A DNA stretch of 58,532 nt, the filler included, from Platydemus manokwari (lineage: Eukaryota), in assembly GCA_037951405.1 (NCBI GenBank). It is 6 parts of 6 records of this genome, joined end to end, with 100 filler letters (N's around TTAATTAATTAA, not from the genome) between each part and the next. Parts side by side here need not be neighbours in the genome. Positions count along the whole stretch, not along the records: positions 39,042 to 49,091 come from JBBMOY011174433.1; positions 49,192 to 58,532 come from JBBMOY011261985.1; 4 more parts are not named here. One strand, written 5' to 3'. A program made the position numbers and the translations under genes. Positions within the stretch are counted from its first letter, which is position 1; each line of letters starts with the position of its first letter. A model generated the notes under the pieces. That model did no database searches and had not been told where the DNA came from. It saw only the letters and a program-made list of their open reading frames with translations. Positions 39,169 through 52,049 of this stretch are shown here, in pieces.

Positions 39169-40956
39169 AATTATCCCGTTATAAAAATAATAAAATCTTA
39201 AATATAAAATATATATCATCATCAGTTATCATTTCTAACTAACACAAAACCAGCCAATTCTATATATTTTATTATTATCATCATCGCATACTTTGTCATG
39301 AATATCAAATATTAATACTTTTTTTTTCAAAACTCCCTTTACAAACACTATTCTCAAATGGAATTCTGAAGCCAATTCTGACTACATAACCGTTAATTAT
39401 TGATTATATTGATATTGGTAAGTACATATTTATCGATGAAAGGCCAAAAAAATCAACGGAAAATATCATGACAAATTACATGGTACGATATACAATTCAC
39501 AGAAATCAGATTTCATTACTCAATGGAATTAATGATTTGTATGGTGGGAAATCACTTCGAACTGGTTTAGCAATCCCAGATTCCCACAATTAATATTCAA
39601 TACATCATCCAGGAAATTCATTTCCGCTCGTGATAATTATTATGTCACTCTGCAAGTTGTAGATGATATATATATATATGATGCATGACATGATTTTCAC
39701 CGTAAATATGTATCGGTGTGTACATGACACGCATCATTTTGATGTATCCCAGAATATCACAACATTGTTGCATTGTTTGCCTTTTATGTATTTTGTTTTT
39801 TTTATCTCTAATGAATCTGTTTTATTTCACTTGATTACCTACACATAAGAAATACGATCCATGTAATAGCTTGTGAATATTTGTTTTTCATAGTCGTTGT
39901 AAATAAAAATTTTTAGAAATATTCTGTGATTTTATTTCGATTCTTATTATTATTAATTGTTGTTATTGTCGAGATTGAGATCAACTTAATTTTTGCGGAA
40001 GTTTTACTAGCATTTTGTTTGTAAGCTTTCAAGCAAATACCCCGCAAGCAATGTTTCTGTTTCAGCTTCCATCGATGAATTATTGAGAAGGAAGCATGTA
40101 GACATAGCGGAAAATGTCATGAAACATTTGTATTTATCTTTACTTGAAATATTGTGAAAACAAAATAAAATAACAGCAACAAGATAAAGAATAATAATAA
40201 TAGCTATAATAATGATGATGATATTAGTAGAAATATTATGAATATACTCAAGACAGTTTCTATGTATCTATAATTCAAATACTCTTTATATTGCTATTCT
40301 CAACAATCCCATTAATAATTACTTTAGTAATTCGCTATTTGCTTAACTTATATTAGATGAGCCTGTATCACACATAAATAATTATAAATGATTTACTAAA
40401 GGGATTTACTTTTGGTAAAATTGTTAAAAGATAAACAAACTTTAATCTATTTTGATCTGAATTACTTACTAAAATAATGATGGGAATTTTTAACTCAATC
40501 GAGTGAAATAAACTGGCTGAATCGCTTTAGATTTAAATCTGGAATGAAACGTGCTCCTATGTAATTTAATTAATTATGCTATAATAACACACAGTTGTCG
40601 TACTTATCGTCGGTTTACTAAATGCTAGATCAATGAAATTTCCACAATTGTCCTGATAGATGAATAAAAATTTGTAGAAAGTTCCATTAACATTTATACA
40701 CTACGTACTGTTCTTTTACAGACTGTACAAGGCTGGAAGACAAGAGTGTTTATTCGTATATGTAGTATTAAACACCAGTTCCTGCATCGGAACCTTTGCT
40801 TTGTAATGGGTAATGTGAAGTATTAATAACAATAATAGTTGTCCAGAGTTTAAAATCAGATTTTTAAAAACATACTAATTTAAAGATAATTTGATGTCGT
40901 TTTAAATACCTTTTTCATAAATATAGTAGCGGCTTACAACAGCAACAATAGCAGTT

Positions 40957-41146
40957 GGTAAATAAATAAAAAAACGAAGTTGCGGTTTGTAAAAAGAGCA
41001 AGTAACAGCTCTCATCATAACAAGCGAGATATCTATTGGATTTCGAACAATAATTGATTTTATCTTAACTCCATCTCACTTATTATGATGACAGTTGTTG
41101 CTTGCACTTTTTACAAACCTCAACTTCGTTTTGTTATTTATTTACC
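40957..41146. repeat. Long inverted repeat (74-bp arms, 42-bp spacer); foldback/MITE-like hairpin
   Basis: 40957-41030 versus the reverse complement of 41073-41146 gives 66/74 identity, ungapped (counted by hand). Confidence 0.92.
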
Positions 41147-44100
41147 TTGTTTAATTTGAGATATCGATTGTACTGTGTTGTATTGATTTATACTAAACAT
41201 ATGATGAAAAATTGACAAAATAATATTTTAACATTTTCTTATCTGCAATCCATTTTATGAATTTTCTTTATCTGAAACCGGAAAAATCGTTGTGGTTTTA
41301 TGAAATATGCTTTTGAATATCTGTGAGAAATTAAATATAAATCAAGCATAATTTTTGATATCACTATTGTTCTTACATTTCAATAATTTTGCAACATTTT
41401 CCGCTTCAATAGTCCAAATCTTTCCATCGATTTTTTCAACACCGATAAACAAGAAAAGAAATACAGATGAAATTAGCAGATAAATAAAATAAAATTAAGA
41501 AGATTTAAATATTGTTAGATTCTGAGTCTTACATTGTATTATTATAATTATCATCTTCACTATCCTTTGTATATTTTGTCAATAGCTTAATCAATTTCAG
41601 GAGTTCTGAACACCCACCAGTAGTAATCAGACTTAACAGTCGATGCTCTTTTGTTTCGATAGATTTGAATACTCGCATTAAAGTAGGATGAACGGCAATC
41701 TATAAAAAGTATATTTAAATCCTAACTTCAATTTTCTTAAATTAACTTTCACTTCTCTATGGTGTGTCTCCATTTTCATTTTATCATTATCTTTAACCTT
41801 CTCTTGATGAAATTATATTATAATAGATGAGATGCCTTTCTATAGCCCTGCCAACCGCAATATCAAAGCGACTTCTATTGTTGAATACACGTTTAGGAAT
41901 ATAAAAATTACAGTTATAAAATTTGAAAAAAAAATTGATCTTACAACACTGATGTCCACCGAAAAGTAAGAGTATATCTACTAACTTCTCGATGGTAGCA
42001 GTTCATAATCTCCAGAGAGGAGTAAAACGGAGGCACAAGACATTCGGCTTTAACACGAAAACTATGGAAAATCCGCAATTATTATAAATGTGATTTTATA
42101 AATACAGTATCTGACTGTTAGATATTCCAGTGAATTTCTGAGCATATACTAGTTCGGAAACCCTAATGTAAGTGAAATTCTTTTCTGCTAGCTCATAATC
42201 TCGGTGTTAGCTATGATCACTAATTCTTATTGTAAAATTATGCTCTGATTCCGCGTGTAACAATTGTGCATGAAATAACTGTGACAGTTGCCTTAGGTAG
42301 GCATCGATGAGTCGCTCGTAGAAATTTGCTACGATTAGTTATTTAATTCACTGTATTTTTATTATGACAGAGAAAAATGTTCTGCAATTAAATCACTGCA
42401 TTCTTATTTCATTTTACAATTAAACCTCAAGGCTTCCAGAATTTAAATTATAATAATAAATATTATTTCACGCGAAGATGGCTTTAAACATCTAATATAC
42501 AACTACTGTCAAATCATTGTCTTACAAAAATAAAATCCTCTTTTATTGATTTATTGATTATAACTAAACTAAGATCCTAAATTTACACTAAATTGATTAA
42601 AGTAGTTGTGAATTCGAATCCACCAGTCAGTTAACTTCAATCGTGAACTAACAGTAGCACAGTGGACATCTCTTTTTATCACAACTCAGTTGTGTAAAAC
42701 GACATTTTGATGTGTAAAATTCTCAATCAAAATAAACACTATATTGAAAACAAAATATAAATTCGAATACAAAAATCAAAGTTCAGAATCGAAATAAATT
42801 TTATAAAAAGATTTGAATGCTGACTCTTTTCTATCAATGTAATCTAAATCTATTATTTCACCGAATCGATTTAATATTCACCTTTGATGACAACAGGCTT
42901 AGAAATCATTAATTCTAATGATACTCGCGATTGTCTCGAGAACTTATTAGGCAAATTTTAAATTGAAAATTTATTTTTTATAAAAATATCATGATTAAGA
43001 ATATTGATATTTATATTAAAACTACCTGTGATCACAATCAAATCAAAATCGTTATTTTTTTAAAATATTATTTAATAAATATATTTTTGAGCGAACTTTT
43101 AACTTGTTAATTAAAGAAAAGGAATCTCAAAGATATTGCAACGACTAACAACAAATACCTTAACGATACAATTGCAACAGGCGCAGACACAATATATATT
43201 TCATTATTTATATCTTAATTTTATATATAATTGAGATGTTTATTCAGATAATTCAGTTAATACCTCATATTTTAGAATGAAAAATAACTACAGAACTAAC
43301 CAATTTCCTATTCTAATCACAAAAACTCTGACTTTTTGATTCGGGAAATTTGAATTTATTTAAATATAAAAGAACTAAGGACACTCATGACATATTTAAT
43401 AGTCTAAAATTACTTGTTTATATCAAATAATTGTAAAAATATATTAAAGTATCTCTCAATTTGCTTCTAATATTAAAAATAGGGGTGCTCGCTAATTTCA
43501 AATAAATAGCAATTCGACCCACTTTGATCCGTTTTTCAAATGATCCATTTTAGGAGATTTTGAAGAACTGGTGTATTTAATATTTGATTTCAAACAACTA
43601 AAATTTTTGATAGGCACTTAAATAAAATATTTGAAATGTTTTCATAAAATATAATTTTAAAAGAAAATATTATGTCAAGGAAATACTATGTAGCATGACT
43701 GATTCTTGTTAAATATACCATGAGAAATGAATAGATTTCAGTGAAAATTTTCTGAAAATCTGACTGTGAGTATTTAGGGAGAAAGAATAAATTAAAACTT
43801 TAACCCAAATGAATATATTCACAAATCGAAATTTATATATAAGAAACAATCTTGTAGAAAGCAAATGCATAGGAATGTGTTTCGCATTAGCTTTTTATTC
43901 ATTTAAGACTGATTGATAATCGTTTGTTCGTCGTATCATTGTAATGATTCTTTATTACGAGTGGATTCCTTGTGAATTTAACCTATTGAATACCTTGTTC
44001 ATAAGATATTTAACATTACCCAACTGTATATGCAAGTAAGATTTTCACCGTTACCTAATAATTCTCTAATATTGTCGACATGAATTTTAAACTAAATTCC

Positions 44101-45245
44101 ATCTCTTATATATTTTGAAATCCATTTTAAACTAAAGAAACTCGGGTAATAAAATCGACAAAAACCTAACACGGTCGAAATGTTGATACGGCTTTAATAT
44201 TTTAATTTATTATGTAATATCTAATTTATTTATCTAATTTATTATTTAATTTATTATTAATTTTAATGTATTACGTTTTAATATCTAATAAAGATTAATT
44301 TATAAAATTAAATAATATATTTTGGTTTTGTTTAAATTTATTAATGACATTCCCGATAAATGATATCTAGTGAGTTGGTGAAAACTTTTCAATCAAATAT
44401 TTCAACAAATGATTATTCAATAGATGATTTTCATTTTCTTTATATAACGTGAAAGTTCAAAATATTAATCAAAAATAAATTGCCATCATAGCTAATAATA
44501 GTTATCAATTTTATTCGTCTTAATAGATTTTATAATTTCTATAATAATTATAACTATAATTTTTACCTACAAATAGATATTAAAAGATTAGGAATTATTT
44601 TGCATTGATAAATAACATTTTACATTCCGAGACAGTTAAATAATTAATAGCGATTCTTGTGCTTGAATTATTTAAACTTATTTAATCTGAAAGAATTAAG
44701 CTTGTTATTATTTTGATAAGGTTGGATAAATATTTTCTTTCGAAAACACTACGTCGAATGTAAATGTTGTTTAACAAAATTTCCAATAATTAAAGTTAAT
44801 AAATTATTAACAAACCTATATTTACCGGAACAACAATTTTATCCAGTAATATAGTGATTTTCTATTACAAAAACCATTTATTTAATTTATTTAATTAGTT
44901 TGTAATAAATTGCATATATTTAAGTAAAAATAATTGAAAAATAAGCCATGGAAATTATTTTAGAATTTCGAATGATTAAATTTCAGTTCCAAATATGAAA
45001 TTTTATTTAATTTTGATAATAAAAATATTCGTATTAATGATTTTATCACAAATTACTCTACTGACATTACTGAAATGATTGTATCTACATTTCATACTTG
45101 TAAGTATGAAGATGTTATTTATTTAACTTACTTATAACAATGATAATATATTAATAATACAATAATGAATGAGAATAGTAAAAACAATTCTCCAAATTAT
45201 TGAGTTATATTACTCTTTATTTTAATATTATTTAATATATCTCAC

Positions 45246-45980
45246 CAAGCAATAAACAACCAATTCGTCTAATGAATGACCAAGAGTATCCAACATTGTA
45301 TATGGAATACTTTCAAGATATCCATTCATCATCAATGCAGTTGTCAGTTGAGTGTAATAATGTTTGGTGGTCTTATTGTAGAACCATTTCAGTGCAGCAT
45401 AATCATTGAGAACCGAAGCGAATTCACGTGGATTTCTCAATTTATTCCTTTTAAGTATTTCTAAACCTTTTTGAGACAGTGGTCTCAAATTGCAAACGCT
45501 TACTGATGGAAATGGTGGCTCTTGATCAGGTAAAATGACCGGTGGGTGTATGACACTATATTCCAGATACTGTCTGGTTAAAAACAGCATCGACAACAAT
45601 AAACCAATGAAAAGTATGACAACAAATGTAATCCAAAGAATGCGTAGATTTTTACTTTGTGCTTTAATTATTCTTGGAATCCCTCTCATTGTTGTATTTT
45701 GACAAAACGTTATCAGTTCATGTTTGAGTAACAAATACAGTTCAGTGTTCTGATTTGATTGGGAATTCTTCTGTCTCCCATTATCGGCAATCATTGCTTT
45801 TTGGTGTCTTCGTTTATGAATATTTCTCGACAATGTATTGTGTCGGACTGTTCTCGATTTGCGTCGATTTGTAGATGATGTACTGGCACAATTGTATTCG
45901 TAGTCCATTTTCAACGAATGAGAATTGTGATTATAAATCGAATCATCAAATTCATATATTTTACTACCTCGGTAACTCAT
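45246..45980 (-). CDS. DEG/ENaC/ASIC-family sodium channel, first coding exon (later exons not found in this piece)
   Basis: FCQNTTMRGIPRI pre-TM1, TM1 RILWITFVVILFIGLLLSMLFL, QYLEY, FPSVSVCNL signature and LGHSLDELVVYC. Donor TTG|GTGAGA at 45245. Confidence 0.88.
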
Positions 45981-46397
45981 TGTTGAATATAGAAACGTAA
46001 AAATTGAATTTATTTCAATGACTGTCGAAAGCACAAGGAAAATTTTTTAATACTTATTTATCCAATAATACCATGAGATTCTTTGTGTGATTGGTTGAAA
46101 TGAATTCTCAATGTTTGAAGAATTCATTGGCGCATTTCCTTAATAAAATATTAAAAAAACTTCATAAAATAAACATATCAGATTTATTAATTTTTATTGC
46201 GTGTGAAAATATTTTGCAATAAACCGTTTTCCGTTATAATAAAGAATAAAGAAATTAGTCCGTACTTGATAAAATTGTAATAAAATTTATTATAATTTAT
46301 TTTAATATTATTTCATAAATTTCGTATATTACGTCATATATTCTATTTATAGCCAAATGATGCAAGCTCCAGTACTAATCTAAATAATATGCTAGAT

Positions 46398-46699
46398 CAG
46401 TGTTCTTTAAAAGGAAGGGGCGCGAGAAATTTCATTTTCGACACTGGCTTATATTAAGACAAAATATCGATTGAATTTTAAAGATCTGGAATTAGTCCTG
46501 AGACCAACCATCATCGAAAAAGAGCAAGGGTTTGATGTTTTATGCCAGAATGTGCAAAATCGTTGTCATTATTAAATATATTTTAATTTTTTGGTGCTAA
46601 AAAAATTTACTTTATTATTTTTACTTTAGTTCGTAGAGGTCGCGTAAAAATTCGGATTCGTCCAGTGGGCCAAAACACAAAAAGTGTGAAGACCACCTG
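46398..46699. mobile_element. hAT (Charlie-type) MITE
   Basis: Imperfect TIRs CAGTGTTCTTTA and TGAAGACCACCTG. Both flanks contain CTAGAT, typical of the hAT-Charlie target duplication. Confidence 0.7.
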
Positions 46700-46759
46700 A
46701 CTAGATCATAATTAGGAGGATCTTTGACTTCACAATGGATTAAATTTAAATTTTTGTTG

Positions 46760-47870
46760 ATGAAAATTATCAATGTTCTTTTAAGTGAAAGACTTTCACG
46801 AAGGTGTCATGGAATTTGAAATTCTTGTAATAACTATTTCAGACCGCAAGATCTATTGAAATGGTATTATAGCTAAATAACGTGTACAAAATCTGAATAA
46901 CAATTTCTTTTGTGCTCCTCATAAATCTGGAGGTCTTGGAATTACGCATGCTCTCTGTGACTACTTTGTACAGTCCTTTACCGGTGCTTACAGGTTCTTA
47001 ATAGGTCTGATATATCCTTCAGAAATCTTATGATTATTCACTTGATCAATATAACCGATGCTCGTTTGTTACCAAGAAAATCTTCAAATCTTTAACGAGC
47101 TCTTGAATGGCTGTCTGATAAACTTCCTTCTGTTTATGGACTGACGACCACCTGGTGGTCCAAAGTCAGACATGCTGTTGGGTGACTTCGTAGCTTTGGA
47201 ATTTATTGCGTCTTTCATACTGAGAATTCTTCTACTCTTCTCACCCAACTCTGATAAGGTCTTTCACATATCATCTCTTCACGAACACAAAGTTTGTCGA
47301 ATCTTACATCATGCTGTGGTAATGGTTTTCTTTCATCATTGGACCAACTGTACATACCAGCGAAACTACTCTCTGTCTTTCAATTTGACTCAAAAGTCAC
47401 AAAGTTCTCAAAGGTCATCGTCTCCACACTCTACTTTGGGAATATATCATCTTTCAACCATATCGTGCTCAAAGGTGTTTGTCAATTGCTTGTCAAAGAG
47501 GTAATGCCTCTCATGAATCTGCTGTTATTATTCTACATGTTATCTACATGTTATTATTCACTATCCGGAAACGCCAAAACTTACTTCTGCTCGTTATATT
47601 ACTGTCTTGGATACTCTAGGTTCATTTCTTCGCTCTCCTGGGCTTGATATTGACCTTGACGTTACACTTGTCGAGATACCTTCAACTTTACTCCCTGACA
47701 TTGTTATCAGAGACTTTAAGAAAAAGCTTACTGTTATCTTAGACATCAAATGATCTTGTTCGCTCAGCCAATCGGATTCTCAACAATCTGACCTGGGCGT
47801 CTGTAGACGTATTGTTCACATCAGTCTTCTAATTAAAGAAATGGTTGCCTATCAAGAAACATTTGTATGA
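46760..47870 (+). mobile_element. Decayed REL-endonuclease non-LTR retrotransposon (R2/NeSL/Utopia-like) 3' region
   Basis: FFCAPHKSGGLGI (post-RT motif), a knuckle-like CQRGNASHES, then LLPDIVIRDFKKKLTVILDIK (PD..D-x-K restriction-like nuclease), in the canonical order. Confidence 0.78.
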
Positions 47871-49091
47871 CTAGAAAACAATTTTGATCTTTATTGTGTT
47901 CTACAGCCAAGCCTTATTTTGGCTGTATGTGAATCTATCTTTAATTTGAATATTATTATAAATATAAATGTTTTATATTGGATATTATATACAGTAACAA
48001 TTATTTATTCCATAAAGAACAAAATAAAATATTCAGTTTTTATGATTATTTAATATTTGAGGATTTTAGATTGGTTAGGCTTTTAAATTTTCTTTAACTT
48101 TCGTTGCTAAGATGTTAATCATAATCGAATATCTGAAAAACTTAACTTGTCTATATTTTTAGAAATATATGACTTGCAATATTCTAATAAATATTACTTT
48201 TTTATTTTTATAATTTATCTTGAGTTTCGACTTTATTAAGTTATTTATATTCAAAATAAGATTATTTAAGTAATATCACAATTGAATTTGATATGTAAAT
48301 GTGTTATAATGTCTGAATGCATTCAATCAATTTCAAAAAAGCATTTCTATACATCTTTTATATTCTGTTAAAATAAATTTAAATTGCTTTTATCTGGATA
48401 TCATTGTTTTAAAAAGCCATTGCATTGGAAATATCAATCTCTGTATTTACAGAATAATTTTTTGAATTGCAAAGAAATTTGTAGAAACAATATCCGCATT
48501 CTGAAATGAGTAGAGCTTTTTGAATGAAAGTTGTATGAACAATATTTAAAGCATAAACAAATAAATAATTTGGATTCATTGAATTGGAATTTGATAAAAC
48601 ATATGAATGTGATTATCAATGAATACATTGGTACACATTTAATAATTCTACACTCCACTTGGTATCAATTAACTGTAATTTTATCCTATTTAATATAATT
48701 TGAATAGGTAAATATTTTTATTTTTATTTTTAACATCACTTCATAAAATTTTAAGCTAAAGTTAAGAAAAGGAGTCCAAAAATAATACTTTTATTTATTG
48801 AGTGTGTTGCAAAAAATCTATATAGTTGATTTAATTATATTCTTTAAAAACATTTTGAATTTTTTTAAGTAAGTACTTAAGAAGAATTTTAGTTGTCAAA
48901 TAATTGATACATTAGACTTGCACAATCTCTTTAAATTTGATTATTTGAAAATGGAATCAAAGTAGGTCGAATTGCAATGTTTTGAAAATTAACTAGGACA
49001 TGCTCAATTGTTACAATTATTGGCTTAAGTTAAGAAAAAGGGTCCTTTGACCCAATTTTAAAGTAATGACTTTTCGTGAGTTTTTTTATAT

Positions 49092-49191
49092 NNNNNNNNN
49101 NNNNNNNNNNNNNNNNNNNNNNNNNNNNNNNNNNNTTAATTAATTAANNNNNNNNNNNNNNNNNNNNNNNNNNNNNNNNNNNNNNNNNNNN
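49092..49191. other. Artificial contig linker
   Basis: N44-TTAATTAATTAA-N44. Confidence 0.97.
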
Positions 49192-49266
49192 TACTATGCA
49201 AAATGTACTTTAAATAAATAAATATTTTTCAAAAAAAACCGAAATTTTAAGGTTATACACCTAATA

Positions 49267-49395
49267 GTTATTATTATTATCATTATTCCTATTATTATTG
49301 TTATTATTATTATTATTATTATTGTTATTATTATTATCATTATTCCTATTATTATTGTTATTACTATCATTAATATTATTGTTATTATTATTAAC
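49267..49395. repeat. (ATT)n-based compound microsatellite with an internal duplication
   Basis: GTTATTATTATTATCATTATTCCTATTATTATTGTTATTA occurs twice. Confidence 0.85.
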
Positions 49396-52049
49396 ATTCC
49401 AATTAAATATTTGAAATATTTATCATTATTTAGATTGTAGGCAGTAATAAAGTTCATGATTTGCATATATGGAGATTACAGAGCGACTGTATTATTGGAA
49501 CGGTTCATATTCGATGCAAAGATCTTGGTAAGTGTTTCATTGAAAAAGCTCTGCACAATTATATCAATGAAAAATACATTATTATTAAAATGCTAATGCT
49601 TCTGAATTGTCTATTAATTTGTGAGCATAAATGCTGAAAACTACTTAACAGAGTCTGGAGTTTGTGTTTCAGCAGCCATTATCTGTGTCACTTAGTTTTT
49701 ATTGCGTTTCTGTGGTTTGTCCAGAAATCATGTTTATCATACAGATCGTGATTTTATTTTCCAATAACAGTTCCAATTATTTTTGTTCACATGACATTGA
49801 TGATATGATGAATGTTTGTATATTGATATGATAAATATATATATCTAATGTTTTACCTCAGATTTTGGCGTAGGTGGTACAATTTTTAAGTCGAAATTGA
49901 CATTTAAAATTTTTTTTTCGTTATATCAGCGAAGATTAATTTCGCTGAGTTGAATGAAGTTGAATGAAGAGGGAAATATTGATTTGAATAATGAGTATTG
50001 GAAAGCATGTCTACACTTATTTTCGTCTAATGTGTTAACAATTTCATTACATTTTATTCAAACTACTTGATGGAAAATGTTGATCAAATCTGGAGATGGA
50101 ATTTCGTAAAACAGCGAAACATTGTCGAATGATTAAAACAAATAGTAAAATCTATCTATTGAAAGTTTACAAGCTGATGCGACAATTTGTTACATATAAT
50201 ATCGATTGTATATTTTTTATAACATAAATTGGTACAGTAAGGTTTAATGTCATTTTTTATTAGCTTAGTATTGCTCGTTTGTCCGATCATTAATTTGTAA
50301 TGTTATTCTGCATTAAAGTACGTCCCGTTTTGTATACCGGAAATTATGATCTGGTTATAAATGAATAGACTTTGATTAGTGATTAATTTTCATAAAGCAA
50401 TTAACGTTTCGATAAAGAGGATTACAAAATTATGATGATAATAAACATATTTTTCTATTATATCAATTATTTTTCAGTTCAGAATCAAGTCCACTTGTTT
50501 TCGAATCAATTAAAAATTGCAAAACAAAAAAATAAAATTTCAAATTGCTTTTATTTGATTTATATCATTTTCAATAGCCAATTGTTTGAACTGGTTGAAT
50601 GGTTTGAAATCAATCGAGAAATTGAATTGATTTTCTATCGTTTTATGTTACGAAATTTCGTGCTTAAAAATAATTTTTTTTAATAAAAATCCTTTATTTC
50701 AATAGATTTTCAAATTCAGTGAATTAAGATTGTTTTTTAATATTCATCTATTTAAAATTCAAAAAAGAAAACTTATAGTTAAAATCGACGATTTATTTTA
50801 TTAAATTATTTGATCCAACTAGTAATTTCTTTTTTCGTATTATCTTTTTATCTTAAATTATGGCAGATGAAATTCGAAATCAATAATCATTTGGATGAAA
50901 ACTTATTAATCTATCTACCAATAAGATCTGATTCATAAATAATAATCTGTACAGTTATAAATACCATTTATGTAATTGTTTAACTCTCAGGTTAATCCAG
51001 TTCCCACTAAAAGATGAATAACGCTTGAGTATGTCACTGTGTAGGTTTAATCCCTCTACATAGTTATCGCTTATTATATTTTGTACAATTTTGATATACT
51101 ACCTCAGAAATTTTGTGTGTCACTACAAATATTTTGTAACATATATAGTGAATAGCTACTGTTACTGTTACTTATAATACGATGTGTTATTATTACTTAT
51201 ATTTCTTTACTACCTTTGGATGCAAACATTTTTAAAAAAGGAATGACAAGTAATGACATGACTGCATACTCCTGTTGCTATATTGGTTGAAATGTCCAAC
51301 TCACCAGTTTTACTACTACTTTTATATTAATTTATGCTCATTTTGTCTTACCTGCATATTGCGCACTTGTTTAGAAATAAATATTGAATATTATATTTCA
51401 TATTTATTCAAAAAATTCGATTCGTGAATTTGTATTCAAATTTTGAGAATTGTTTGTTTATCGAGTTATTTCAGTTACTTTAATTAGATGTTATATTGAT
51501 TGTTTTAATTCAATTTTTTATATTTTTATTGATTTTCTAAATTGTCGGTTGTTAATTTTGTTTGATTTATTTATTAATAAATTCATTGGCCCGTCTGAAT
51601 GATGAGTAAAATTTTATATTTATCTATCTAAAAAGAAAGAAAATAGACCTTGGTATGCTGACTCCTACTTATTTATATGTCATGATTAATTTTTATTGTT
51701 TATTTGTTGAACTTTATTTTGTAAGCTCGCTTCTATCAAACATTCAAATAGCTCATTCTTTAAGTTTAAACAAATTTGGAGATTTGAGAGGCATAATATG
51801 ATACTTTATGATTATGAAAATCTGATTCTACTTAAGAAATTTTAAAAATCAAGACTATTAAAGATTATCTACTAATAATTGTATAATCAGTATCACAAAA
51901 ATATTTTTTCTGGTGTAAGACGAAATTGAAAAGTTTGAGAAACCCTTAATTAGTGCTTATCAAAATATTGTAGATATTTTCGAGTTTTGAGTTTTAAAGA
52001 TATTTCCAATCAGTCGTTATAGCATTGTTGTTAAAATCGATTTGCGTTT

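Noticed and set aside
38986-39222. ORF with NYNENII repeats
   Set aside because: Translation of the 21-bp minisatellite running into the N gap.
49194-49466. Ile-rich membrane-protein-like ORF
   Set aside because: Translation of an ATT microsatellite.
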